A DNA stretch of 64,000 nt. Source: Pseudobdellovibrionaceae bacterium. GTDB taxonomy: Bacteria; Bdellovibrionota; Bdellovibrionia; Bdellovibrionales; UBA1609. The DNA lies in the NCBI GenBank assembly GCA_023954155.1, contig JAMLIO010000001.1, positions 437,322-501,321 of the forward strand, given 5' to 3'. A program made the position numbers and the translations under genes. Positions 30,139 to 40,252 of this stretch are shown piece by piece; positions within the stretch are counted from its first letter, which is position 1; each line of letters starts with the position of its first letter. Below the pieces are notes generated by a model. That model saw only the letters and a list, made by a program, of their open reading frames with translations. It was not told where the DNA came from and did not search any database.

Positions 30139-30447
30139 TTATTTCAGACCTTTAAGTGTGGCTGCAAGCTTGGGGTTAGCGTTTTCGTAGTTTTGAATTA
30201 GCATTCTCTTTTCGTGAGCCTCAAGGCTAGAAAGGGTCTTTCTCATATTGTTTTTATAGTCTTTAAGTTTGCTGTTGAACTGTTCTCGGGGGACGAATTT
30301 AGAGAGTTCTTGAAGTTCTTCAATAAGACCTTGTGTGTAATCAATTTCGGACTTGGCTTTTTTGACGTTGAATTCAGACCATAAGTCATTGGCCATGGCA
30401 TTGGCTGAAAACAAAGAAAAGATAATAAACAAAATCGATAGTTTCAT
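30139..30447 (-). CDS. small secreted helical hypothetical protein
   Basis: I prefer the ATG at 30447, which follows a gtggaggg RBS. The product begins MKLSILFIIFSLFSANAMA (signal peptide). Confidence 0.5.
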   Translation of the reverse strand: MKLSILFIIFSLFSANAMANDLWSEFNVKKAKSEIDYTQGLIEELQELSKFVPREQFNSKLKDYKNNMRKTLSSLEAHEKRMLIQNYENANPKLAATLKGLK

Positions 30448-30852
30448 ACGTCCCTCCACTATACGACACACATATACATAATAAGCAATTGCTATGCCAT
30501 ATATCCTGCAACTCAATGCAGAAGCGGCGTACATGGCGTTTACGATGGAAAATAGATTTTCAATTTTTTTTGAATTTGTGTCTTAATTTTGTCTTCTATA
30601 GATACAGATTTATGAAGTTTACTTCACAAATACAAAGTATTTTACCAAAAAGTGTCAAAAAGTAAGATTAAATTGGTCAAAAATGTATATCTAATGTCTT
30701 CTTTTGTGCCAAAATGTTTTGAAAATCACACTCCGTGAGACACCGTAAATAAAGGGTTTTGTAGTGGTTTTGGGTGTCCCAAATACGAGCCGATAGATGC
30801 CCTTTGTGATATGAAGAGAGGATCATAGCAGGCGTGGAAACCACGCCAGAGC

Positions 30853-31302
30853 TTATTTTTTACATGTATTGTAAAAGTATATAGTTTTTAAAATCTCGGC
30901 CAAAACAATGGCTATAGAGCGTATGAGGCTGGGTAATTTATAAAAGAAAAGTGGAGTGAGGATAAAATTGAAGGTCCCTATAACTAGATAGGCCGCTAAA
31001 AATACTTGTAAAAGAGAAAGCACCCATGCGGTCTTTTTCTTGTTCACAAAAGCATAGATTTGCGCTGCAAACAAAGGGATAGCTAGCAAACGACCCAGAT
31101 AGTTCATCAAGATGGAAAATGTCATAAAACCCGAGGAGTTGCTAAAGGCATCCAATGGTAATGAAGTGCTAAAAATCGAGACAATGGCTGCGCCTAAGGA
31201 CACCCACAGTGACAATAGGATAAAGTAGTTTGGGTTTTCAAATATGGGAAACAAGTATTTTTTTAAAATGTCATCGTTGTTGTTCATAAATACATTGGAC
31301 AC
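30853..31302 (-). CDS. hypothetical integral membrane protein
   Basis: 149 aa with 4 predicted TM helices. I recognise no family. Confidence 0.5.
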   Translation of the reverse strand: MSNVFMNNNDDILKKYLFPIFENPNYFILLSLWVSLGAAIVSIFSTSLPLDAFSNSSGFMTFSILMNYLGRLLAIPLFAAQIYAFVNKKKTAWVLSLLQVFLAAYLVIGTFNFILTPLFFYKLPSLIRSIAIVLAEILKTIYFYNTCKK

Positions 31303-31467
31303 ATGTTTTACAAGGAAGTCAATGTAAACACAGCAGGTAGAAAAATAGACCGCGCTTTTCCATCGGAGTCTGAACCCTGAAAATTAGTATAAGTTATCTG
31401 CTATTGATAAGTCTTTGCTGTAAAAAAAGTTAAAGCATTTATATATTTTTAATATAAACAATACGGA

Positions 31468-32355
31468 TCATTTTTGTAAATACACAACATCAATCTTATA
31501 TTTTTTATTTGTAGGAAAATTATCAGGATGTATGACAAGATTTAATCCGTCCAAAATAAAATTTGTAATTGTGACACCATCAATTTTTACTATGATTTCG
31601 CCTTTTGGTAGTACAGGAAGGGTAAATTCAGTTTTGGTGATTTGACCCACATCTTTGATTAAAGATTCAAAGTGGGGAGTCCAATCTGACTCGCAGATGT
31701 TAAAAATATTTCCGTTAGTGGCTTGAGCCAACTTGATATATTGTGATCCAGGGTTATCAATACAAGGGCTTATTTTTTTATCAATACCGATAAATCCAAA
31801 GATTTTAATATGTGCAAGATCTAAAAGTTTAGAAAGACCTAGTAAAAACACATTAGAACTGATCTCAGAATTGTCATCAGAGACAATGACAATGACTTTT
31901 TTAGAATCGAAACGAAGACTTTTCCCGATCATCTGTGGGAGTAGTTTTAAAAACTGAACCAATCCGTCGCGACTATTGATATACTGTACAATCTGTCTGT
32001 AGCCTCGTGACAGGGCCCACTCGCTTAAGGCCATCCCGTGCGAACCTTTGTTGTTTGTAATTAAAGTAAAGTTCAGTTTTGAACGGTCTTCAACGCTTAA
32101 TAAAAATTTTCCAATATTCTCACGGATGATTTGAATCTCTTCTACCATCGAGACAGAGTTGTCTACTACCCAAATCATATCTACGTTAGATGTAGTGTTG
32201 ATGTCTCTATCAAAGGAATAGACGACGGTTTCTGGAAGATCAATGCTATTGTCTTGGTCTTCTACGGATGTGCCGCTAAATTCAGTTTTACTGCATCCTG
32301 CAAAAATAAATAAAACGCTCATCATAATGATCAATGATTTTGATAGCACTTTCAT
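31468..32355 (-). CDS. lipoprotein with von Willebrand factor A-like domain
   Basis: Lipobox FAGC, a MIDAS-like DNSVSM (DxSxS), and VIVIVSDDNSE. Confidence 0.65.
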   Translation of the reverse strand: MKVLSKSLIIMMSVLFIFAGCSKTEFSGTSVEDQDNSIDLPETVVYSFDRDINTTSNVDMIWVVDNSVSMVEEIQIIRENIGKFLLSVEDRSKLNFTLITNNKGSHGMALSEWALSRGYRQIVQYINSRDGLVQFLKLLPQMIGKSLRFDSKKVIVIVSDDNSEISSNVFLLGLSKLLDLAHIKIFGFIGIDKKISPCIDNPGSQYIKLAQATNGNIFNICESDWTPHFESLIKDVGQITKTEFTLPVLPKGEIIVKIDGVTITNFILDGLNLVIHPDNFPTNKKYKIDVVYLQK

Positions 32356-32596
32356 GTTTACCTCGTGGCCTTTCTGGCTCCTACAAAGCTTTTAACGGAT
32401 TGCTATAGTCTTTGGTTGAGTCTAGTTTGGACAAAAGGAGAGGATGAGAATGTGCCATAGAGCTGGAACAAGCCCTAGGTCTAGGGAGCTATATGGAGTG
32501 GGTCTTAAGTTTGAATAAAAGTGTAAAACTATAACACAAATCTAAGCCTAAAAATCAGGCCTTGTTGAGGATAGGTAGTGTTACTAAAATGTTTTT

Positions 32597-34198
32597 ATGA
32601 AAGCTTTCCTCTTTTTTTTATTTACCTTTTTATTTGTGATTTCTAATTTACAAGCTGAAGAGCTGGGTCGTGGTGACACAGGCGACTCAGGTAGAAGTAC
32701 CCCAGCTCACAGAAGCAGTAATTCGCCCAGCCAAGATTTGCAGGATTTGGTCAGTCGAATCAATAGCTTTAAAGGCTGTTCAGATAAAGTGTGGCCAGGC
32801 ATGCAAATGCCAACGAGTGACATGGCGATTGTGGATGTGGATGGTTCCCGTTGGCGTATCCAAAATGGAAATTTAGTTCCCGCAACGGATTTGCCAGCAA
32901 AGATCAGCTTTAACGGAGGGTATGCAGTAAATAGCAATAAAACTCCACGAGAAGTTATACTAGGTTTACAAAATCTACAGCGCGAAAAAGAAATACGTGA
33001 ACAGATGGAGGCTGAGGCTCAAGAAGCCAAGACCACAGGACAAGAAATGCAAGATCCCTACGCTTCACCTCATGATTCTGCTTTATGTAAGCAACTCAGA
33101 GAAAAGTTTCGGAAACAAAACAAGAGCTTTGCCTCGAGTGGCTCAAGTCCTGAGCCCTCTTTGACAGATTCTGCATTCATGTTGGGTGTCCATGAGGGCT
33201 TTCATATTTGTGACCAAGAAGACAAATGGCACTATCAATCAAAAAAAGATAGTGGACCACGAAGGTCTGCCTACCCTGCGGTCACAGAGCCAAGGCAACT
33301 TCGGTATAAAACGAAACGCGCTTTGATGGAGGCCTTAAAAACTACAGACACCAGCCAACGTCAGAAGTATCTACAAGAAGCAGCGTACTGGCATAAACTC
33401 TATAAGTCTAAATACGGCGAGGGAAGTGCAAATCCAGAACCTCACGAAGCGACAGATATTATAGAGGGTTCAGCAAGGTATGTGGAGATTTTAGCTAATG
33501 CCGTAGATTGCAAAAAAGATATAAGCTCTACGGAGCTAGCCAAAATCAGTCGTAAGGCGATTTTGGATAATGTGGGTGTTTCACCTGAGGCCACTTACGA
33601 TATGGAGTCCTACAGTTTGGGAGCCTTAGCGGGCGCTTTATTAGATCAAAATCAAAAACAAAGTCCTGCATGGAAGATCAAATTAGAAAAGGACAAAGTG
33701 TCTGCCTTGGATCAGTTGTTAGGTCAGGTCAAACCACAGAGAGGAGCCTTGTCGGCAAAAGAGACTAAGGCCCTAGACGAAATTTCAGAGACACCATCAA
33801 AGGTGGCAGAAGAGTGTTATGCTAAACCCAACATGAGACAACTTGCAAATTATAAGAACGATGAATATGTATGGGTGTCTATCCCTACACAGGCATTTCG
33901 TGGCAAAGGATTTTATGATGGTTCGTCTGTGATTCCAGGAACGAGTTATGTAAACATTGATTCCTATGCCAGTGCGGGTGGTGTGGATGTCGAAAATCAA
34001 CCTTTGGTGCAACATCCAAGTAATCCTTGTGGAGCCACAGGAACCTTGATGGTTTTGGTCAAGAAGAGTTCCATTAAAGGCAATCAAGTGAATTATGATA
34101 ACTCTTCGGGACATCCTGCTGGCAAAGTATCGGGAACGATTAACCCGACGCCAAGATCTTCATCCTCATTGGGAACCGTTTACTGTGCCTCGAATTGA
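32597..34198 (+). CDS. secreted hypothetical protein with HEXXH motif (possible zinc metallopeptidase)
   Basis: 533 aa with a signal peptide (...SNLQA), HEGFH within MLGVHEGFHICD, and a possible downstream Glu ligand (IIEGSARYVE). Confidence 0.5.
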   Translation: MKAFLFFLFTFLFVISNLQAEELGRGDTGDSGRSTPAHRSSNSPSQDLQDLVSRINSFKGCSDKVWPGMQMPTSDMAIVDVDGSRWRIQNGNLVPATDLPAKISFNGGYAVNSNKTPREVILGLQNLQREKEIREQMEAEAQEAKTTGQEMQDPYASPHDSALCKQLREKFRKQNKSFASSGSSPEPSLTDSAFMLGVHEGFHICDQEDKWHYQSKKDSGPRRSAYPAVTEPRQLRYKTKRALMEALKTTDTSQRQKYLQEAAYWHKLYKSKYGEGSANPEPHEATDIIEGSARYVEILANAVDCKKDISSTELAKISRKAILDNVGVSPEATYDMESYSLGALAGALLDQNQKQSPAWKIKLEKDKVSALDQLLGQVKPQRGALSAKETKALDEISETPSKVAEECYAKPNMRQLANYKNDEYVWVSIPTQAFRGKGFYDGSSVIPGTSYVNIDSYASAGGVDVENQPLVQHPSNPCGATGTLMVLVKKSSIKGNQVNYDNSSGHPAGKVSGTINPTPRSSSSLGTVYCASN

Positions 34199-34328
34199 TA
34201 GCGAGTGATTAAGTAAGCTGACTTTGAGGGTGAGACATGAAGTCTGTGGTCATTTTCAGCTTGCTATTCCGCGTCCATGTGAAAGTCATGTTTTCAGCTC
34301 AGAGAAGCTAGTGTAAGCCCTTCCTTGT

Positions 34329-34949
34329 ATGTGGTTATTCAGGCTTGTGGCTATTGAACTTTTAATGTTGGGAGTAACGTCTTCGGCGTATGCCGTTGAA
34401 GTGGCGTTCTTTCGTCAGTATACGCCCTCAGGTCAACTTGTGGTTTATGAGGCTGGGGGAGAGTTTGCGCATGTGGCTCTCTCTTATCAGGGAAAGTGGC
34501 TGCATGCCCATCCTTATGGTGGTGTTCAGCTGTCTCATCATATTTATGAGATAGGTTTTTTAGATTATGTGATCCTCGAAAATAAAAATACACCTGAACC
34601 TACAGACATGTTTGTTCATACGCAGTTACAAAAGGGATTTGATATTTTTGCGCAGTGGACGGATGCAGGAAAAACATATTGCTCTAAATTGATTGCAGAA
34701 TTTTTTGGAATTCAGCCGCGTACAATGTACTTCATCTCTAAGGACTGGGTGGGTCACAATCCTCCGCGTGGTCAGTTAGGAATTTCACCTGATGATCTGT
34801 TTAAAGAGCTAATTGGTAAAAAAGGGTTTCAGATGAAGCCAGAGACAGGAGCACAAGGCGCAGTCAAAACTCACGATCGGTTGCTGACCAAGGCAGCGCC
34901 CCGCTCGCCACAAAAAAGAAAATGTGTAGGATACCTTACTAGTCAATAA
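34329..34949 (+). CDS. secreted hypothetical protein, possibly a permuted NlpC/P60 (YaeF/YiiX-like) hydrolase
   Basis: 206 aa with a signal peptide. A His (FAHVALSY) precedes a Cys (KTYCSKLIAEFF), as in permuted papain-like amidases. This is a weak call. Confidence 0.4.
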   Translation: MWLFRLVAIELLMLGVTSSAYAVEVAFFRQYTPSGQLVVYEAGGEFAHVALSYQGKWLHAHPYGGVQLSHHIYEIGFLDYVILENKNTPEPTDMFVHTQLQKGFDIFAQWTDAGKTYCSKLIAEFFGIQPRTMYFISKDWVGHNPPRGQLGISPDDLFKELIGKKGFQMKPETGAQGAVKTHDRLLTKAAPRSPQKRKCVGYLTSQ

Positions 34950-35463
34950 ATTTAATATGGTTCAGTGCTGTGGCTGTGACTTTATAATCGTTTTTATAAT
35001 TATTGGGCCGAGAGGTTTGCGATAAAAGAATCAAATCTTTTTTAACCTGATAAGCATAAACAAGAGTCACAAAAACTTGTCCCTTTTCTTTGGTGGTAAA
35101 AATATAGGTTTGTGTTCTGTACCCGTTGCTGCTTGTAAGTGGAGTTTTTTGTTTAAGAGAGGCTTTGTTTTTAAAGTATTTTTTATTTAAAAACATCTCA
35201 AGGTGATCGACCGTTTTGTTGTTGGGCATGGGTTGCTTAAGTACAAACATAGAAGGGACAAAGTCTTTTCCATTCTTGTTTAATAAACCTCTAAATTCAA
35301 AAACATCAAGGTTTTCCAATGTAGATGCGGTTTGTTTGGGTTGATAAGACCATCCAGGCATAACAGTTGAAAAGGTGGCATCTTGATTGGCGTGACCAGT
35401 AAGTGGGAGAGAAATCACAAGTGTAAATAATATCTTTGAAAGTAATCCTTGAAGTTTGTTCAT
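34939..35463 (-). CDS. secreted hypothetical protein
   Basis: 174 aa with a signal peptide (...PLTGHA). I recognise no family. Confidence 0.5.
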   Translation of the reverse strand: MNKLQGLLSKILFTLVISLPLTGHANQDATFSTVMPGWSYQPKQTASTLENLDVFEFRGLLNKNGKDFVPSMFVLKQPMPNNKTVDHLEMFLNKKYFKNKASLKQKTPLTSSNGYRTQTYIFTTKEKGQVFVTLVYAYQVKKDLILLSQTSRPNNYKNDYKVTATALNHIKFID

Positions 35464-35472
35464 ATTTTTTTC

Positions 35473-36036
35473 CTATTCAACAGTTGCTGAAGTGCTAAAG
35501 ACAGGAGATTTGATGTTATAAGTTTTTCCACTTTGGTGTTGGATGTCGATATCCATTTTCCCGCCAAATACTGAAGCGGTGGCTACAAGTTTTCCGTTTG
35601 GCTGTTTACATATTTGTGTGATGTTATGTTGACCCATGTCTGGAGTGGATAGGGCCAGCCCACCGCCTGCATCGACTAACTTATACTGTTTGCCACTATC
35701 AGTCGCACTGAAGGTGGCCTGTTTTCTCTCAACAATATCCTTGATACTCATTCCAGGAAGCGGAGCTAGCAAAGACAAATCGTTCCAACGAGAAATACAA
35801 ACGGGTCCTGTAGGTTTCTCTGGTTCTGGTTTAGATTCTGCAGCGGGAGCGCGCTCCTCCGTTTTTGTACTTGCGGGTGCGGTTTCCTCTTTGGGAGTCA
35901 CATCGGCAGACTTAGTGCTCAAATTTGGGATCTGAGTGTTGGGTTTCACTTGCGAAGACGAGCATCCTATCCATGCCAGTACGATAGCTGTTAAAATGCT
36001 AATACAAACGAGCTGTAATTTTGTTTTAGTTTTCAT
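35473..36036 (-). CDS. hypothetical lipoprotein
   Basis: 187 aa with lipobox WIGCSS and a Pro/Glu/Lys-rich linker. Confidence 0.55.
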   Translation of the reverse strand: MKTKTKLQLVCISILTAIVLAWIGCSSSQVKPNTQIPNLSTKSADVTPKEETAPASTKTEERAPAAESKPEPEKPTGPVCISRWNDLSLLAPLPGMSIKDIVERKQATFSATDSGKQYKLVDAGGGLALSTPDMGQHNITQICKQPNGKLVATASVFGGKMDIDIQHQSGKTYNIKSPVFSTSATVE

Positions 36037-36350
36037 CCCCGTTTTCCTCGGACCTTCTTCTCAAAGATTAAATTTATGCATTCGTTGGTCTTATCGGCTA
36101 TTTATGAGACGTCTAAAAGAGATTTTATTTATTTTTCTTACTTCAAGTAAATTTTTTTATGGATTTAAAATACAGATGTGGTGTCCTCTCAAAGCGTCTA
36201 TTTTTGATACATTTAGATGTCACTGTGTCCCAAGACGAGGCGTGATTTTATGCCTCTAGCCCACCCTAAATTTATTACCAAGTATGAGAGGATATTTGAC
36301 CAAAATAGGGCAAATGTTTAGGGTTGGTCCATCTTAAGAGGGGGAATTCC

Positions 36351-38642
36351 GTGCGGCAATTTTTGGGGGTATGGCTCTTATTCATGATGACCTGTTTTCA
36401 GGTTTCAGCTATGGATACGAAAGGACTTGAGGCGTGGTCTCAGGAGCTGATCGAGCAGCTGTATTCTAAGCATAAAGCTAAAGAGGTTTATATTGGCGGG
36501 GGAAGCTCCAGAGCCTTTTTAGACCATATTTTAAAAGGTAAGCCCTTGGTGTTTAGGGACCTCGATTTAGTTATAAACATGGATCGTGAGGTCACAAGAC
36601 AGATGGCCTTAGAAATGGGCCGAAGTCTACAATCAGAAACCGTTGGAGAGTTTTTAGAGCATGAACTGCGTCCTAGGCCTCGTACCAATCCCCAAAATCC
36701 AAAGGACTTTGGTTACAACGCAGGATATGGGTTTTTCTTTTTGCCAGCAGTGGCTCATCATCCCACTTTAGATTTAACGTTGATGCACTCTTATGAAGAT
36801 GTGAAGTTGAATGGGATTTTAGATGTGGACCGCGTGCGCATCTATATCCCGCAAGGGATGCGTATTACTGAGGTGGCTAGAAAGATTGTCAAACTGGGTT
36901 ACGAAGGGGCTTTTAGGGAAGGGCTTATTGATGATCCCTTTCGAGGTTACTTGTCTTGGGAGGCCTCTCGGATTCATATTGTTGAAAAGAATCAGTTGAG
37001 GCTTGATCCGCTCAACATCACTTTGAGAATTGTTCGTGGAGCTGCAAAAATGGAAGCCTTGCCTTTACCTGTGGCTGCTCGTGAAGCGATACAGTGGGCC
37101 TTTGCAGAGACTCCTAATGAGCTGAATCAGTTTCAGGGATTACGAAATTTTATGAAGCTTTTAGAAGACCCAGCCGTGACTCAGCAAATTCAAGAGCTGC
37201 ATAAGTTGGGCTTGCTAGAGCGTCTGTTGCCTCAGGCCTATGAACCTCTTTTGAAAATGAGTGAATCAGAGATCGCAGCTGCCCGTCGTAATTCGTATTC
37301 AAAAAATTTAGGATTTAATGTTTTGGCGACAGCTCTCAATGACACTCCTCCGCGTCAGCTTAAGGGTCTATTAAGTGACATGTATTTGATAGAGCCTAAG
37401 GGAACTTTAAATTTGATCGCTCAACTTAATGATTGGTTTGTGTCTGAGCCTCTGCGGATCGGATATTTTACAGGTGAATTTGCGCCCTTTCATCGGGGTC
37501 ATCGAAGTGTTGTTGAGGCCGCTCTTAAAAGTGATAAGTTGGATTTTGTGTTTGTCATTCCTACGCCACATGCCTCGAACAATCCGAAAACTCAAGTCTT
37601 CTCGGCACTGGAGTGGGAAGAGAGGTTGCGGTTTGTGGAATTGGGTTTAGAGGGTTTAAAGCAAGCCGCTGTTTTTCCTACAAAACGTGTTTTAGATACG
37701 GAGCGAAGTCATACCTTAAGCTCTGTTTTAAATTCTTTACAGCAATATTTAAAATCTCGTGATCCACTGACACATGTATTGGGTATGGACTCTTTGTACA
37801 GAGTGATTGACCGAGGGCTTTTAGATTCTGACCCTAGGCCTCGCCTTGTGGTAGCGCGAGCAGGTGTGCCACGTCCTCATCTGCCCTTTGATAGATACGA
37901 TATAAGTTTTGTTTCTGGTTTGGGTCATCCTGTTTCGGCGACGCAGATTTTACATAGTATGGCGATGGGACTTACGGTGAAAGACGCAGCTCCTAGTGTT
38001 GTCGCTCAAATTAAAAGCACCAAGAGGTATCAAGAAATTATAGAGAGTTATAAATCTTGGCGTGTAAAGTATGAAGAACTACTTATGCCTGCCAAGTCAC
38101 GTGCTAAAAAAACTTTGTTTGTCCATAATAGCATCAACTATGCGGGCAGTTATCAAGAAGGCCTAGAGAAACCGCCTCAATATCTGTTTGAGGCTACTGT
38201 GCGAACTTTGCAGACCTATAAGAATATTTCTGAAGTGGTGATTGTCATGTATGACCTACGGAGTTTGCGTGAAGAGTGGTTTTCTTTCAAAGCAGATTTA
38301 GATAAACTCTTTCCTAAGGTAGAGACTAAATTTGTGCGAGATGAGGCCAAGCATTATACCCCAGTAAATAAAAGAATAGAGGTTTTTCATGCAGGCGTGG
38401 CAAATGGGCTGATCTCTCACTTTCCCGATCACATGTATGGCAAATTAAGTAGTGGTGCTAGGTACGTGCTTTATGAATCTGGTAAAATCTATGCAAGCCC
38501 ACTGTTACAAGGGTTAGTGCAAGTAGACGTTTATACTGAGGATATGCTGAAACCAAAAAACTCTACAGAATCACATCCCTTAGACATCGTTCCACAAGCC
38601 GCGACCTCTCGTGGTAAAAGGTGTGTGGCGTTTTTACGCTGA
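36351..38642 (+). CDS. signal-peptide-bearing multidomain protein: PolB-type nucleotidyltransferase-like N-domain, NadD-like (HxGH) adenylyltransferase domain, unknown C-domain
   Basis: The GTG at 36351 lies 4 nt after the RBS aagaggggg(aa) and gives MRQFLGVWLLFMMTCFQVSA|MD. YIGGGSSRAFLDHIL...FRDLDLV resembles the CCA/polyA-polymerase head. GYFTGEFAPFHRGHRSVV plus VSATQIL resemble the NadD HxGH and ISSTxIR motifs. Confidence 0.7.
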   Translation: MRQFLGVWLLFMMTCFQVSAMDTKGLEAWSQELIEQLYSKHKAKEVYIGGGSSRAFLDHILKGKPLVFRDLDLVINMDREVTRQMALEMGRSLQSETVGEFLEHELRPRPRTNPQNPKDFGYNAGYGFFFLPAVAHHPTLDLTLMHSYEDVKLNGILDVDRVRIYIPQGMRITEVARKIVKLGYEGAFREGLIDDPFRGYLSWEASRIHIVEKNQLRLDPLNITLRIVRGAAKMEALPLPVAAREAIQWAFAETPNELNQFQGLRNFMKLLEDPAVTQQIQELHKLGLLERLLPQAYEPLLKMSESEIAAARRNSYSKNLGFNVLATALNDTPPRQLKGLLSDMYLIEPKGTLNLIAQLNDWFVSEPLRIGYFTGEFAPFHRGHRSVVEAALKSDKLDFVFVIPTPHASNNPKTQVFSALEWEERLRFVELGLEGLKQAAVFPTKRVLDTERSHTLSSVLNSLQQYLKSRDPLTHVLGMDSLYRVIDRGLLDSDPRPRLVVARAGVPRPHLPFDRYDISFVSGLGHPVSATQILHSMAMGLTVKDAAPSVVAQIKSTKRYQEIIESYKSWRVKYEELLMPAKSRAKKTLFVHNSINYAGSYQEGLEKPPQYLFEATVRTLQTYKNISEVVIVMYDLRSLREEWFSFKADLDKLFPKVETKFVRDEAKHYTPVNKRIEVFHAGVANGLISHFPDHMYGKLSSGARYVLYESGKIYASPLLQGLVQVDVYTEDMLKPKNSTESHPLDIVPQAATSRGKRCVAFLR

Positions 38643-38813
38643 TTTTTTGTCTTTAATAGGTTTACTTTCCTTTTCTGGAAAAAGCTGTACTACATTACTA
38701 AGATCGGAAGTCGATTTTTGTTCATCGTGAATTTTTTTGATCAGACGATCATTTTCTTTTAAAAAATAAAGTTCTTCATACTCTGATTTATGGAAAAAAG
38801 ATTTGTTCTTCAT
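38634..38813 (-). CDS. small hypothetical protein (59 aa)
   Basis: The ATG at 38813 follows an aaaggag RBS. The longer track ORF has no RBS and would span the divergent promoter region. Confidence 0.35.
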   Translation of the reverse strand: MKNKSFFHKSEYEELYFLKENDRLIKKIHDEQKSTSDLSNVVQLFPEKESKPIKDKKSA

Positions 38814-39026
38814 ACGTCCCGCACTCCTTTTAACTCTATAATTGTAAACCTGCGTGTTAGAAAACAAAATGAAAACCCCATGAAGAGATAAAAATGAGAC
38901 ACAGTGCATGTCATTGTGAAACAGACAAGATGACAGCCCAAGGCGCAAGATGTTTTGTTGTTGGCTTCTTTGTGTTAAAACTTGAAGTTGCACTCAATGC
39001 AAGGGCTATATAAAGGGAGACCAAAT

Positions 39027-40142
39027 ATGAGTTTGAACAAGGCCAGTTATATTTTAGTTTCTCTAATGACAATGTGGGGTTTGTCAGTTCATGGCAAGGA
39101 GTCGGTTAAACCAAAAGAACAAATAAATTATAAAGTCACTCCTGTAACACAAGTCAAAGGCATACCTTGGGGAATAGAGTTTAAAAATGAAAATGAACTG
39201 TTCATCAGTATGAAAGACGGGCAGCTATTTTTATACAATATCAAAAGTAAGGTTTTGCAAGATATTAAAGGCGTTCCTAAGTCTAAAGTTCATGGACAGG
39301 GTGGACTTTTAGATATCATGTTGCATCCTGAATTTGATAAGAACTCAAGAATATATTTTTCTTATACAAAAGAGATAGAAGGAAACTTTACTACAGCTCT
39401 GGCCTTTGGAACTTTAGAAAACAATGAAGTGAAAAATCTTAAAGAATTTTTTGTGGCTAACAACGCCAGCAAACATTCGATTCACTTTGGTTCAAGGATA
39501 GTGCACGACGGCAGTAAGTACATTTATTTTAGTGTAGGGGATAGAGGCGAGAGGGATCGTGCTCAGAGTCTTGCGGCAGACCAAGGCAAGATTCATCGTA
39601 TGACCCTTGAGGGGCAAACGCCTGAAGACAATCCCTTTGTTAAAAATAAACAAGCCAGAAAGACCATTTGGAGTTTTGGGCACAGAAATCCACAGGGTTT
39701 GGTCTATGATCTTAAAAATAAAATTCTTTATGAACACGAACATGGTCCTCGCGGTGGAGATGAAGTCAATATCATTGAAAAGGGTAAGAACTACGGATGG
39801 CCTGTGGTGACTTTTGGTCGAGAGTACTATGGACCAAAAATCAGTAAACATACTTCATTAAAAGGCTACGTAGACCCTATTTACCAGTACACACCAAGTA
39901 TTGCTCCCTCTGGGCTTGAGCTTTATACAGGTACAAAATTTCCAGAATGGACAGGGAAACTGATTTTGGGTGCGTTGGCTTACACCCATCTCAATGTGCT
40001 CGACATTAAAGATCGTGCAAATATCAAAGAACAGCGGATATTTCAAGACCGCAAAGAACGTATCCGCGACATCAAGCAGTCTCCAAGTGGCGACCTCTAC
40101 TACTCCACAGACAACGGCCAGATATATAAACTTGCGAGGTAA
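39027..40142 (+). CDS. PQQ-dependent soluble sugar (aldose/sorbosone) dehydrogenase, YliI-like
   Basis: Signal peptide plus the motifs GLLDIMLHPEF, HFGSRIV, FGHRNPQGL and EHGPRGGDE...GKNYGWP. Confidence 0.88.
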   Translation: MSLNKASYILVSLMTMWGLSVHGKESVKPKEQINYKVTPVTQVKGIPWGIEFKNENELFISMKDGQLFLYNIKSKVLQDIKGVPKSKVHGQGGLLDIMLHPEFDKNSRIYFSYTKEIEGNFTTALAFGTLENNEVKNLKEFFVANNASKHSIHFGSRIVHDGSKYIYFSVGDRGERDRAQSLAADQGKIHRMTLEGQTPEDNPFVKNKQARKTIWSFGHRNPQGLVYDLKNKILYEHEHGPRGGDEVNIIEKGKNYGWPVVTFGREYYGPKISKHTSLKGYVDPIYQYTPSIAPSGLELYTGTKFPEWTGKLILGALAYTHLNVLDIKDRANIKEQRIFQDRKERIRDIKQSPSGDLYYSTDNGQIYKLAR

Positions 40143-40252
40143 TAGGGTAGCTTATGAACGTTCATAGTGTTATCTATAAAGTCTGGAAGGCGACAAAGGG
40201 TGCGTCACCAAACTTTAATCTCACAAGCGTTAGCTATTCTTTAAGGTAAAAC

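Noticed and set aside
30700-30860. Candidate small RNA ending in the GGCGTGG-aaa-CCACGCC hairpin (30831-30847).
   Set aside because: The T-run is separated from the stem by 6 nt and overlaps the stop region of the convergent membrane-protein gene. There is no promoter evidence. It cannot be supported from sequence alone.
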